From Syntrophorhabdaceae bacterium (lineage in GTDB: Bacteria; Desulfobacterota; Syntrophorhabdia; Syntrophorhabdales; Syntrophorhabdaceae): 64,000 nucleotides of DNA. A model generated the notes under the pieces. That model worked only from the letters and a program-made list of their open reading frames with translations. It did no database searches and was not told where the DNA came from. Location: the NCBI GenBank assembly GCA_963666485.2, contig CAXXUO010000002.1, positions 544,001-608,000 on the forward strand. Direction: 5' to 3'. The position numbers and the translations under genes are program-made. This document shows positions 32,528 through 42,550 of the stretch, piece after piece (within the stretch, counting starts at the first letter, position 1; every line of letters begins with the position of its first letter).

Positions 32528-33709
32528 ATGAAATTATTCAGGAAAATCCCTTTAAAGTTCAATATATACCTTTTAAAGGAGCTTTCCTATATTCTCTTTC
32601 TCTCGCTCGGCATTCTGACCTTCATCCTCGTCCTGTCACGCCTCGGAAAAATTGCCGACCTTGTGATCAATAAAGGTGTTGGTCTCAGGGATATTCTCTT
32701 CCTTGTTGCCTTTTCGATCCCGCCTTACCTGACGTTCACGCTTCCCATGGCCTTTCTTCTCTCGGTCATCGTCGTGCTGGGCAGGCTCTCCACGGAGAAC
32801 GAGGTGCTTGCGTTGAAGGCGAGCGGGGTAAACCTCAAATGGCTCCTTGTTCCCATCGCAGCGCTAAGCCTTGTCATCACGACCTGCGGCCTCTTGAACA
32901 CGAACTTCCTTCTGCCCCAGTGCAGCGGGCTCTTCAGGGAAACCCTTATTAATGTCATCAGGAAGGGTATATCCGTCGACGACAAGGAAGGCGTGTTCAA
33001 TGACAGCGTGCCGGGCGTCGTCATTTACATAAATAAGGTGGATACGCACAAGAGACTATTGACCGGGATCGTCGTTTCGGACGACCGCGACAAGAACGTC
33101 AAACAGACCATAACAGCCCAGAACGGCTACGTGAATATCGATCCTGATACGTTCGAACTGTATTTTCTCCTGAAGAACGGCAGTATGCATCGCTGGGAAA
33201 AATTGACTGATACCTACAGGAATGTGAATTTCCAGGACTATACCTTCGCTATGAACCTGTCGCAATTGATACAGACCGGCGGAGTGACGAGGAAATTGCC
33301 CTATGAGATGGGGCACAATGAATTAAAAAAGACGCTTGCCAAAACAGCGAACCAGAACGATCGGTACGACCTGCTCCTCGAGATCTACAAAAAATTCTCA
33401 TTACCATTATCTTCGCTCGCATTTATATTCCTGACCGTTCCACTGGGTGTCAGGCGCAAGGCGGAGGGGAAATTCTCGGGCACGCTCTACAGTCTGCTCC
33501 TTTTTGTCTTTTATTATATCCTGATGGCCATGATGGACAGCTTTGGAAAAAATGCAAATATCCCGCCAAACATCATCACGTTTTTTCCGAACATCATCAT
33601 TACCCTTTTTGGCTTATATTTGCTGAGAAATATCAATAAAGAAGATCACGTTACCCTGTACCAGAGAATGAAATACCTGTGGGCTTATTGCTGTGAAAAA
33701 ATTAAATAG
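32528..33709 (+). CDS. lptF: LPS export ABC transporter permease LptF
   Basis: LPMAFLLSV...GRLSTENE..ALKASG; 3+3 TM layout; first gene of an LptF/G pair. Confidence 0.85.
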   Translation: MKLFRKIPLKFNIYLLKELSYILFLSLGILTFILVLSRLGKIADLVINKGVGLRDILFLVAFSIPPYLTFTLPMAFLLSVIVVLGRLSTENEVLALKASGVNLKWLLVPIAALSLVITTCGLLNTNFLLPQCSGLFRETLINVIRKGISVDDKEGVFNDSVPGVVIYINKVDTHKRLLTGIVVSDDRDKNVKQTITAQNGYVNIDPDTFELYFLLKNGSMHRWEKLTDTYRNVNFQDYTFAMNLSQLIQTGGVTRKLPYEMGHNELKKTLAKTANQNDRYDLLLEIYKKFSLPLSSLAFIFLTVPLGVRRKAEGKFSGTLYSLLLFVFYYILMAMMDSFGKNANIPPNIITFFPNIIITLFGLYLLRNINKEDHVTLYQRMKYLWAYCCEKIK

Positions 33710-34772
33710 ATACATTTTATCGAGCGCCGTCAAATATCTGCTTGTCTGTCAACTTGCGGGGATCAGTCTTTTTCTCCTGATCGAGTTCTTTCAGCACACC
33801 GACCGTTTCACCGTCTCCGTGCACGCCTTCTTGATGGTCGTAACGTACGTGCTTCTCCTCATTCCCGGTTATTTCAACCTGATCCTCCCGCTCACATTTC
33901 TCATTTCCATGCTTATCGTATTGATCCTCATGATCCGCGGGAACGAGATGATAGTCGCCCGGACATCGGGTATCAGCACGCTCTCCCTCATGAAGCCCTT
34001 TGTCGGGTTCTCCGTTGTGCTTGTCCTCGTCTCGTTCGTCCTCGCCGAATGGGTGATCCCCCTGTCGGCAAATGCGTCAAACTACATCTACCAGGTCAAG
34101 ATCAAAGGTGAGGAATCCCACATATTCATAAAAAACGACAGGATATGGTTCAAAAGAGACAGGTTGATATGTAATATTGATTATTATGATACAAAAAAGG
34201 ATATAATCAAGGGATTGACGGTCCTGGAACTGAACCCTGATTTTTCAGTGCGGAAACGGACCGATGCGGCCGAGGGAAAATGGGTGGACGGCTCCTGGCG
34301 TTTCAGCGGGATATCCGTCAGGACGTTCGAGAAGAACGGGAACATCACGAAGAAGTCGTACCCCGTGATGAGCAATTTGATCGATGAGCCGCCATCCGTA
34401 TTCAAGGTGGCGGAGCGCAACCCCGAAGAAATGAGTTATCGGGAACTGAGGCGCTATATTTCGAGGCTGAGAGAGGACGGTCACGACGTGAGGAGATACC
34501 TCGTCGACCTTTACAACAAGATAGCTTTCCCCTTTATCAATCTCATCATGGTCTTTGCAGCGTTCTCCGTGGGTTTGAGGTACGCAAAGACAAAGCATGT
34601 ATCGAAAGGCATCTTCGGCGGGATACTGGTCGGCGCGACGTACTGGCTCTTCCATTCGATCTCGTTGTCACTCGGTTATTCGGAGATCTTTCCGCCCCTG
34701 TTCTCTGCCTGGTTCTCCAACCTGCTTTTTATCGCGTCGGGCGTAATTGGTATCGTAACCTTGAGGACTTAG
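33693..34772 (+). CDS. lptG: LPS export ABC transporter permease LptG
   Basis: NEMIVARTSGIS, PEEMSYREL, K.AFP and PPLFSAW motifs. Confidence 0.85.
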   Translation: MKKLNRYILSSAVKYLLVCQLAGISLFLLIEFFQHTDRFTVSVHAFLMVVTYVLLLIPGYFNLILPLTFLISMLIVLILMIRGNEMIVARTSGISTLSLMKPFVGFSVVLVLVSFVLAEWVIPLSANASNYIYQVKIKGEESHIFIKNDRIWFKRDRLICNIDYYDTKKDIIKGLTVLELNPDFSVRKRTDAAEGKWVDGSWRFSGISVRTFEKNGNITKKSYPVMSNLIDEPPSVFKVAERNPEEMSYRELRRYISRLREDGHDVRRYLVDLYNKIAFPFINLIMVFAAFSVGLRYAKTKHVSKGIFGGILVGATYWLFHSISLSLGYSEIFPPLFSAWFSNLLFIASGVIGIVTLRT

Positions 34773-34809
34773 TTTATACTATGTACGGCTACAGGAAAGG
34801 AGTTTTGTT

Positions 34810-35286
34810 TTGCGAGCATACTTGGACATCGAAACGGACAGGAGCGGAAACATCTGCGTCATCGGCCTCCTCGTCGAGAACAACGGTTTTTTGCAGTGGT
34901 ATGGCGACGACATCTCGCCGGAAACGATCGAGCGGGAGCTCTTGAATGTAAAGACCATAGTCACATTCAACGGAGACCTGTTCGATCTGCCTCAAATGAA
35001 GAAATGCCTCAACATTGACCTGCAGTCCAATTTCAAATCCCGGGACCTTTTCAAGGACAAGAAAAAGCTCGGCATCAAGGGCGGACTCAAACAGCTGGAG
35101 AAGATGTTCGGCATCGAGCGCAAGACCGAAGGCGTCAACGGGTACCAGGCCATGTTCTTGTGGGAAAAGTACAAGAAATACGGCAACGAAGAAGCCCTGA
35201 AGCTCCTCCTGGAATACAACAAGGAAGACGTCGTCAACCTGCTCAAGCTCGAGGAGATCATGGATGACCTCGGGGGTGGATACTGA
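34810..35286 (+). CDS. RNase H-like DEDD 3'-5' exonuclease (YprB-like)
   Basis: YLDIET, TFNGDLFDLP, GGLKQLE and YNKEDV motifs. Confidence 0.8.
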   Translation: MRAYLDIETDRSGNICVIGLLVENNGFLQWYGDDISPETIERELLNVKTIVTFNGDLFDLPQMKKCLNIDLQSNFKSRDLFKDKKKLGIKGGLKQLEKMFGIERKTEGVNGYQAMFLWEKYKKYGNEEALKLLLEYNKEDVVNLLKLEEIMDDLGGGY

Positions 35287-36003
35287 TGATCGAACAGAAT
35301 TTCGTACTCGATTCGCGGTACAACAGGATAAGCGGCATCATGGTGCTCCCGGGGGAGGACAGGCGTTATCCCTGCGCGATCCTTTCCCACGGCCTTATCA
35401 GCTCCAAGGAAAGCTCGAAATATATGGCGGTCTCCCAATCCTTTGCCGAGGCCGGGATCGCTTCCTGCCGTTTCGACTATCACGGGTGCGGTGAAAGCGG
35501 CGGGAACATCGAGGGAAACCACCCTCTCGATCAGGCTGGACAACCTCAACGCGATATTCGACCATGTCCTCGCCCATCCCGCGGTCGATCCCCAGCGGGT
35601 GGGCATCATAGGGAGCAGTTTCGGCGGCTCGACCGGCCTTTTAAAAGCGGCCCGGGATGAACGCGTAAGATGCCTCTCCCTGTGGGCAACCCCGCACATA
35701 CTCGACAGCAGCGAGGACGATACCATATCGGACATCAAGTTCAAAAAGGCAATATACACCGACTTCGCATCCTACGACCTGCTTGAGGAAGCGAAGAAGG
35801 TCCAGCGCACCCTCGTTATTCACGGCGACAGCGACGAGGTGGTCCCCTGCATCGAAGGAAAAACGATATACAAGTACCTCAAGAAGCCGAAGGCGATCGA
35901 GATCATCAAGGGAGGCGATCACATATTCTCCGTCGACGCCCACCGGATAAAGGCCATCACGCTGGGGCTGAACTGGTTTAGAAGATACTTGATCTCGGAC
36001 TAA
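35286..36003 (+). pseudogene. Alpha/beta hydrolase with one frameshift (~35514)
   Basis: HG..S.K and RFDYHGCGES in the first frame; GSSFGG, HGDSD and GGDH in the second; removing one G from GAGGGAAACC fuses them. Confidence 0.8.
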
Positions 36004-36368
36004 AAGACGGTTCAACCGTTCAACCGTTCAACCGTTCAACCGTTCAACGAAAAAGACAAAAAAACGGTTCAACGGGTCAACAGAAAAGACAAAAAAATGG
36101 TTCAATGGTTCAACGCTGATACGGCGAACCTGGCTTGTCCTCAATCCGGCGAAACACCTGCCGAATGCGTATAAAGCAGCAACATAAGCCACCTGTCGTC
36201 ATTCCGGCTTGCCGGAATCCAGCGTCTTTGTCTTTTCTTCCCGAGATACAATCTTAAATTACCGGCTTAGAAACACCAAAGACACTGGATTCCGCCGCAA
36301 AAGCCGGCGGAATGACGGAAGTGGGAAGCGTTGAACCGTTGAACTGTTGAACTGTTGAACGGTCTTTT
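36002..36368. repeat. Composite intergenic element: inverted octamer arrays enclosing an inverted REP pair
   Basis: (CCGTTCAA)x5 at 36008-36047; REP 36197-36229; inverted REP 36278-36317; (YGTTGAAC)x4 at 36329-36360. Confidence 0.85.
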
Positions 36369-37059
36369 ATTCTTTGTTGTGCTGTTTATCGTTCTTTAGC
36401 TTCACCCGATCCCGGATCAACTCGCCAAGGACGTTGCTAAGCCCTATTCCGAGCGCAAGCGACATGGTGAGGACGATTCCGCCGAATACGATGAGGAAAC
36501 TGACCGTGACTATCGTGTTGCCGAGGCCGATATATTCGAAGACGATGCCGAAGGTGATGACGATGAGGAGGATCCTCACGCCCTTGGCAATAAAGTCGCC
36601 GTACTTGATCTTTGCATTCTCGCACGTCAGGAAGATGATCCGTCCGATGAAGTTGCTGAATATGATCCCGATAATGAGGATGACGAGGGATACGATGATG
36701 TTCGGCAGGGCCGTCGATATGCGGGACGCGTACTCCGAGAACTGGGTAATGCCCATGTAATTCAGGCCGAATGACAGGAACAGGACGATAAAGACCCAGT
36801 AAACTATCTTGCTGAGAATGAGCGACGGAGGCGAATGAATGCCGCCTTTCTCGAGAAACGTGACGATCCCGGCATCCTGGGCCCATTTATCGAACCGGAA
36901 CAGGACCAGGGCCTTGCCCAGCAGCTTCTTTATGAACCAGCTGATGATGAAGCCCAGTATCATCACGATGACCATCACGAGGATACTGAGAAAGACCTCC
37001 TGGAAATTGTCGAACAGGTCCAGGAACATGTCCTGGAAAAACTTCATGATCTCTTGCAT
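36367..37059 (-). CDS. Membrane protein with conserved TM-helix repeats (CmpX/MscS-associated type)
   Basis: Five to six TM segments; LPNIIVSLVILIIG and terminal ALGIG motifs. Confidence 0.65.
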   Translation of the reverse strand: MQEIMKFFQDMFLDLFDNFQEVFLSILVMVIVMILGFIISWFIKKLLGKALVLFRFDKWAQDAGIVTFLEKGGIHSPPSLILSKIVYWVFIVLFLSFGLNYMGITQFSEYASRISTALPNIIVSLVILIIGIIFSNFIGRIIFLTCENAKIKYGDFIAKGVRILLIVITFGIVFEYIGLGNTIVTVSFLIVFGGIVLTMSLALGIGLSNVLGELIRDRVKLKNDKQHNKE

Positions 37060-37188
37060 GCGAATATATTATGCAAGGTGTCACCGCCTGTCAATGGAAA
37101 TAGGGGGTATGCAAATTTTTTTGTTGACATTCCTCATTGATTCGTTTAGGAAATTGTGTATTTTAAAAACCGAAAGGAGGGATTATTC

Positions 37189-37362
37189 ATGCCTGCAAAA
37201 GTTGACCAAGATGCCTGCACAGGATGCGGAGCCTGTTCAGAGATCTGCCCCGCCGATGCTATCAGTGTCGATGACACAGCAAAGGTCGATCCCGAACTCT
37301 GCACAGAATGCGGTGCGTGCACAGAAGAATGTCCTGTTGAAGCCATTTCGCTGGACGAGTAA
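37189..37362 (+). CDS. 2[4Fe-4S] ferredoxin
   Basis: Two CxxCxxCxxxCP motifs; strong SD AAGGAGG. Confidence 0.95.
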   Translation: MPAKVDQDACTGCGACSEICPADAISVDDTAKVDPELCTECGACTEECPVEAISLDE

Positions 37363-37387
37363 TTAATCTTCCGGATTAATTCCACAA

Positions 37388-37423
37388 AATAAAAGGATGA
37401 GGTGAAAACCCCATCCTTTTATT
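37388..37423. terminator. Bidirectional intrinsic terminator
   Basis: AATAAAAGGATG-AGGTGAAAACCC-CATCCTTTTATT between convergent genes. Confidence 0.75.
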
Positions 37424-37445
37424 TATCCTCTTATGTAATTTCCGC

Positions 37446-39464
37446 TTATTCCATACCCTTCACGATGAGTTCTGAAAGGTCCATTGCCTTCATGGTCTCG
37501 ACCTTTTCCTTGTCCTTGATCGCGTCTTCCATCATGATAAGGCAGTACGGGCATGCCGTTACGACGGTGCCTGCCTGGATGGCGATGGCCTCATCGATCC
37601 TGGCGTGGTTGATGCGCTTGTGGTGTTCTTCCATCCACATCCCGCCGCCGCCGCCGCCGCAGCAGAAGCTCCGGTTGTGGTTCCTTTCCATCTCTTCGTA
37701 GGACCCCTTCGTTGCTTTCTTGACGAGGCTTCTCGGCTCTTCGAATATGCCGTTGGCCCTGCCGAGGTAGCACGGGTCATGGAAGGTGACCTTCCCTTCG
37801 ACGGCCGGGTTGATCTTCACTTTGCCTTCGCGCATGAGCTTGGCGAGGAATTCTCCCTGGTGGTAGACCTCGAAGTTGCCGCCGAGCTGCGCGTAATCTT
37901 TCTTGAGGGTCGTGTAGCAGTGCGGGCAGGTCGTTATGATCTTCTTGATGCCGATCTCGTTCATCATCTCTATGTTGCCCTGGGCCAGGCCGAGGTAGTT
38001 CTCTTCGTTGCCGCAGCGCCGTGACGGGTCCCCGCAGCACATTTCATCCGTACCGAGGATGCCGAAGTTGATACCGGCCTGGTTCAATATCGTGGCGAAT
38101 GCACGGGCGACCTTCCTGTTCCTGTCGTCGAGCGATGCGACGCACCCGACCCAGTACAGGTAGTCAACTTCCTGCTCTGCAGCGTTCCTGATCTCGAGGC
38201 CTTCCGTCCATCCCAGCCTTTCCTTCTTGCCCATGCCGTACGGGTTCGAGTTCTTCATGAGGTTCTTGAAGAGGAGCTTGGTGTCGGATGTCGTCTTGCT
38301 GAGCGTCAGGGTGAGGTAGCGTCTCATTTCGATGTTCTTGTCGATGGTCGGTATCGAGACCGGGCAGTTGACCTGGCAGGCAAGGCAGTTCGTGCATGAC
38401 CAGAGGGTCTGTTCCTCGATGACGGTATCGATCATGCCGTCCTCATTCTTGGCTCCGCCGTTGGCTACGCGTTCCCATTCACCTTTCAGGTCCTGGATAA
38501 ATTTTTTCGGTGAAAGGGGCTTTTCGGTGGCGTACGCAGGGCAGAGGTCCTGGCAACGGCCGCAGCGCGTACATGCATCGAAATCGAATATCTGCCGCCA
38601 GGTGAAACCGTCGATCTGGTTGATACCGAATTCCTCGGCGTTCTCAAAGTCTTCTATAGGCTGCAGCGCACCGCGGTCCGCCTCGGGGACGTCCTCGATG
38701 CCCCTGAACATCATGTTCAGTGAAGAGGTGATGAGGTGGAGCATTCTCGAGTAGACGATATAGGCGAGGAAACCGAAGGACAGGACCATGTGGATGTACC
38801 ACATCGCCATGTGTGTCGCTTTGATCGACTCAGCGGGCAGTCCGACAAAGATATATCCCGCGAGCCATCCCAGGAAGCTCCACTTTTCATACGCGTACGC
38901 CGGGTCATTCATGAACGCGGCGATCCTTGCGCCTTCGGCCAGGAAGCCGGTCACGAGGACAACGAGAATCCAGGCCAGTACGATGCCGTCATCCGGCTTC
39001 GTGTCGAGGCGGTCAGGCTTGACGACGTAGCGCCTGTAGATGGCCATCAGGATGCCGATGATCGCGGCAAGGCCGCCAACCTCGAGCAGGAATGAGAAGA
39101 TGAGGTAAAAGCCGCCCTTCAAGAATTTTACCTTGAACAGGAGGTCCGTAAAGTCAGCCTGGATCGCGACGAGGGCCGTTCCGACCGAGAGGATCAGGAA
39201 GCCCCAGAAGATGAAGAAATGCATCCAGCCGGGGAAGGCTTCACGCAGGATCGATTTATGGAAAATGCCGTTGGCGATGAAATACCCGATGCGCTCGCCA
39301 AGCCTTTTCTTGAAATCTATGGCGGCCGGTTTCCCGATTTTCCACATTGCGTACCGTTTCTTTAAACCTAGGATCAGAATGATCGCGGTAATGATCAAGA
39401 ACGCATAACTGACGTATTGCCCCGTATGTCCTACGTTCCACATTATTTCTCGTCCGACATCCAT
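37446..39464 (-). CDS. Membrane Fe-S oxidoreductase (NarI-like TM region, 2 Fe-S motifs, 2 CCG domains; FadF/DUF224/HdrD-like)
   Basis: TM region with His residues; CTRCGRCQDLCP; CTNCLACQVNCP; CCG motifs; HDPCYLGR; ACPYC. Confidence 0.88.
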   Translation of the reverse strand: MDVGREIMWNVGHTGQYVSYAFLIITAIILILGLKKRYAMWKIGKPAAIDFKKRLGERIGYFIANGIFHKSILREAFPGWMHFFIFWGFLILSVGTALVAIQADFTDLLFKVKFLKGGFYLIFSFLLEVGGLAAIIGILMAIYRRYVVKPDRLDTKPDDGIVLAWILVVLVTGFLAEGARIAAFMNDPAYAYEKWSFLGWLAGYIFVGLPAESIKATHMAMWYIHMVLSFGFLAYIVYSRMLHLITSSLNMMFRGIEDVPEADRGALQPIEDFENAEEFGINQIDGFTWRQIFDFDACTRCGRCQDLCPAYATEKPLSPKKFIQDLKGEWERVANGGAKNEDGMIDTVIEEQTLWSCTNCLACQVNCPVSIPTIDKNIEMRRYLTLTLSKTTSDTKLLFKNLMKNSNPYGMGKKERLGWTEGLEIRNAAEQEVDYLYWVGCVASLDDRNRKVARAFATILNQAGINFGILGTDEMCCGDPSRRCGNEENYLGLAQGNIEMMNEIGIKKIITTCPHCYTTLKKDYAQLGGNFEVYHQGEFLAKLMREGKVKINPAVEGKVTFHDPCYLGRANGIFEEPRSLVKKATKGSYEEMERNHNRSFCCGGGGGGMWMEEHHKRINHARIDEAIAIQAGTVVTACPYCLIMMEDAIKDKEKVETMKAMDLSELIVKGME

Positions 39465-39694
39465 AAACTGAGCCTCCTGAGAGATTTTTGTATATTATCA
39501 TGGTAAAAGGCGTGTAAAATCAACAAAAATGTGATTGATTTCACGAAGGATCTGCTAAGTCAAGTCAAATCATCGGATTACAGTAAGTGAACCCTGAGAT
39601 TGCCGGATAATTTGGGCAAAAACGGGCGATTTTTCTTGACATAATTTCCTCTCAACTGGTATTTTACACCCTATAACAGCCAAAGAGGGGTTTC

Positions 39695-40615
39695 ATGCGA
39701 AGAAGCTTTGCTTTCTCTATATTCTGCCTCATCTTAATCTTCCTTGCATCACCTCTTATGACACACGCAGCACCAAGTAAAAACAAGGCAAAACAGAATT
39801 CCTCGAAAAACGTCACCAAGAAAAATTCATCGGCCAAGCAGTCAAAAACCCGGACAGCGAAAAAAAATAAACATTCTAAACATGCGTCGAGGGCACAGGC
39901 AGGGAAACCACAGGCAGAAGCTGTCATTTACGAAAGTGACGGTGAATACATCGAGTACAAGACCAAACGCGGCGATACGATAGACAAGGTCGCGGCCCTG
40001 TTCAGCGTCGAGAAAGACGAGCTTATCGAAACGAACAACCTTGCCTCCAACAAGAAACTCCCCGCGGGGACGACACTTTTGATCCCCAGGATAATAGAAG
40101 AGAATGACGACGGTGAAGAGATCGTCACCCTGAAAAGCATTCAGCTGAAGCCCTGGAAGAACAGCGACGAGAAATATATGCTCGTCAAGGTGGCCAAGAG
40201 CTTCATGGGCGCCCCGTACAAATACGGCGGCAATACTTTAAGGGGCCTTGACTGCTCGGCGTACGTCAAGAAGATCTACGAGATCTTCGATGTTCAGCTG
40301 CCGAGGAGCGCCCGCGAACAGTACCATGTGGGCACCAAGATCGGTAAGAGCGATCTCGCGGTCGGAGACCTCGTATTCTTCAAAACAAGGCGTTATGCCA
40401 AGTATCCCACCCATGTGGGCATCTTCATCGGCGACGGTAACTTCATCCATGCTTCATCCGGAAAGGGACGGTTGGGAGTGAAGATCGATTCCCTGGATTC
40501 CGACTACTACTCCGGGGCATACATTGGCGCGACCCGCATTAAGGGCGGCACCGACAATGCGAGCCGCGGCTCCGGCACCACCCCGGGCACAGACAAATCA
40601 AGCAATAATTCTTAA
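39695..40615 (+). CDS. LysM and NlpC/P60 cell-wall peptidase
   Basis: Signal peptide, Lys-rich linker, YKTKRGDT LysM, GLDCSAY, GDLVFF, HVGI and FIHAS motifs. Confidence 0.9.
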   Translation: MRRSFAFSIFCLILIFLASPLMTHAAPSKNKAKQNSSKNVTKKNSSAKQSKTRTAKKNKHSKHASRAQAGKPQAEAVIYESDGEYIEYKTKRGDTIDKVAALFSVEKDELIETNNLASNKKLPAGTTLLIPRIIEENDDGEEIVTLKSIQLKPWKNSDEKYMLVKVAKSFMGAPYKYGGNTLRGLDCSAYVKKIYEIFDVQLPRSAREQYHVGTKIGKSDLAVGDLVFFKTRRYAKYPTHVGIFIGDGNFIHASSGKGRLGVKIDSLDSDYYSGAYIGATRIKGGTDNASRGSGTTPGTDKSSNNS

Positions 40616-40624
40616 GTTTCTCAT

Positions 40625-41806
40625 GTGACCTCGCGAATTACCCCCGTTATTTTTGCACTGTTATTATACATAGCCGGGCATATTGCGCTGGCCGCGCGGT
40701 ATGAACCGATTGTTTCCTATTTCTTCGTAACATCGTGGTGGGCCTATCTCATCATGCTCGATTCCATCATTTCCCTGCGATCGGGCAAAATGATGTTCCT
40801 GAACAGGGAACTGCCCGAGATGGTCATCATCTCGTGCGGTTTCTGGTGTTTCTTCGAACTCGCCAATCTTCGATTGCAAGACTGGTTCTACATAAATATC
40901 CCTTTTCAGCCGTTCGTGCGGTATTCCGGTTATTTTCTCGCCTACGGGACGGTGATCCCGGCAATCTGCCTGACGGCAGCCGCCGTCGACCCCTTTTTTG
41001 CATCCTTAAGGACACGCCCGTTCACGGTCCGGTCTTATGCGGCACGGGCCATAACGGCGGGCGTCATCTTCTTTGTACTCGCCCTCATCCTGCCTGAATA
41101 TCTGTTCGGCCTGATATGGGTCTTCGGTATATTCCTGGTCGATGGCATCAATTATCGGGCCGGGTACCGGTCATTCATGGCAGATATCGAAAAGGGCGAT
41201 CCCGGACGGCTCCTTGGCGCTCTGACGGCGGGCCTTATCTGCGGCATACTCTGGGAAAGCTGGAATTCCATCTCCCCCGTACGGTGGGTCTACAGCGTCC
41301 CCTTCCTTGAAGGGATAAAGATATTCGAGATGCCCTTCGCCGGCTACATCGGTTTCCCGGTTTTTGCCGTAGAGACCGTTGCCTTTTTCAATCTCCTGCA
41401 AGGGATCCGGAAAAGGACCTCCGTGTACACCGCGCTCCTCAGTGCCGCGGTGATAATATCCGTCCTCGCCTTCGTGCTTATCGACCGTCACACTGTATTC
41501 TCTTACACGACCCCGGTTAAGGACCTGTCTTTCTTAGGGGAGGCAAGTAAGAAAAAAGCCATTGATTCAGGCGCGAAGACAAATATATCGATAGACCCGG
41601 CAGTGATCGAACCGGGAGACGCCGATGAATTGCGATTCGTAAATATGAAGGGCCTCGGATATGTCAATTACCTGAAATTGAAACGCGCCGGCGTCAACCG
41701 CGCACACGACCTCGCAAGGCTCGACGACCGCCGGTTCTCCCGCATCATCGGCGAGTCAAACCTGCGCCGGGTGCACGTCTATCAGGACACGGCGAAGAGA
41801 TATTGA
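40625..41806 (+). CDS. Uncharacterised polytopic membrane protein with a short C-terminal soluble (possible HhH-like) domain
   Basis: About nine hydrophobic segments; repeated W..FE..N / WE.WN motifs; KGLG...LKRAGV tail. Confidence 0.6.
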   Translation: MTSRITPVIFALLLYIAGHIALAARYEPIVSYFFVTSWWAYLIMLDSIISLRSGKMMFLNRELPEMVIISCGFWCFFELANLRLQDWFYINIPFQPFVRYSGYFLAYGTVIPAICLTAAAVDPFFASLRTRPFTVRSYAARAITAGVIFFVLALILPEYLFGLIWVFGIFLVDGINYRAGYRSFMADIEKGDPGRLLGALTAGLICGILWESWNSISPVRWVYSVPFLEGIKIFEMPFAGYIGFPVFAVETVAFFNLLQGIRKRTSVYTALLSAAVIISVLAFVLIDRHTVFSYTTPVKDLSFLGEASKKKAIDSGAKTNISIDPAVIEPGDADELRFVNMKGLGYVNYLKLKRAGVNRAHDLARLDDRRFSRIIGESNLRRVHVYQDTAKRY

Positions 41807-41848
41807 TTGTTGACATGGCGGTGCTTCTATGGTGAAATACGAACCACT

Positions 41849-42313
41849 ATGACGAGAAAAAAAGAAAAAGAGATCATCCATCGGCCCGATATATTGACCC
41901 AGGCCTACGAATGGGTCCTGATGTATATCCATGAAAACACCCGTCAATGCATCTACGGTCTGGTCGCGCTGTGCATCGTCGTCGCGGCGGTTGCATCCTT
42001 TTTTGTCTATTCCAATTACCAGGACAAAAAGATCCAATACCAGCTTTTCCAGGGGATCCAGGCCATGGACGGTTACGGTCAGACAAGGTCCCAGGAGTTT
42101 CTCGACAAAGCCGAAAATATATTCCAGAAGACCGCAAGCCAGGCAAGCGGCAAGCCCCGCTACATATCGAAGCTCTACCTCGCCAACATCACCATGATCA
42201 AGGGAAAGCGTGACGACGCGCTCAAGATGTACCAGGACGTTTCAAAAAATTCATCGAATGAAGTCCTCACGCAACTCGCGAACCAGGCGATAAAAAATCT
42301 CGAAAAGAAATAA
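41849..42313 (+). CDS. YfgM-like membrane-anchored TPR protein
   Basis: Single TM followed by a helical TPR-like region (LYLA...G..DDA...Y). Confidence 0.6.
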   Translation: MTRKKEKEIIHRPDILTQAYEWVLMYIHENTRQCIYGLVALCIVVAAVASFFVYSNYQDKKIQYQLFQGIQAMDGYGQTRSQEFLDKAENIFQKTASQASGKPRYISKLYLANITMIKGKRDDALKMYQDVSKNSSNEVLTQLANQAIKNLEKK

Positions 42314-42317
42314 AGCG

Positions 42318-42550
42318 GTTCCACGTTCCAGGTTCCACGTTCCACGCCATTAAGATCTCGACGTCATCCCTTCACACTCGCCGTCATCCCGGCTCCCGAG
42401 CCGGGACCCAAGGTTTGGTTTTTATTATTATTTTTGGTGTCAAAGTTTTGAAATGGGTTCAAGAAGAAAGACCTTGGATCCCGGTGTCAAGCACCGGGAT
42501 GACGGACAGTAGAAGCCTTACGCCTTACGCCTTACGCCTTACGCCGTTAG
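42318..42550. repeat. Composite intergenic element: heptamer arrays enclosing a half-REP and an inverted REP pair
   Basis: (GTTCCAS)x4 at 42318-42345; half-REP 42362; REP 42382-42415; inverted REP 42471-42504; (GCCTTAC)x4 at 42515-42542. Confidence 0.85.

Noticed and set aside
36115..36195. Possible structured ncRNA inside the composite repeat element
   Set aside because: Some pairing potential, but no recognisable family motif; cannot be supported without covariance analysis.
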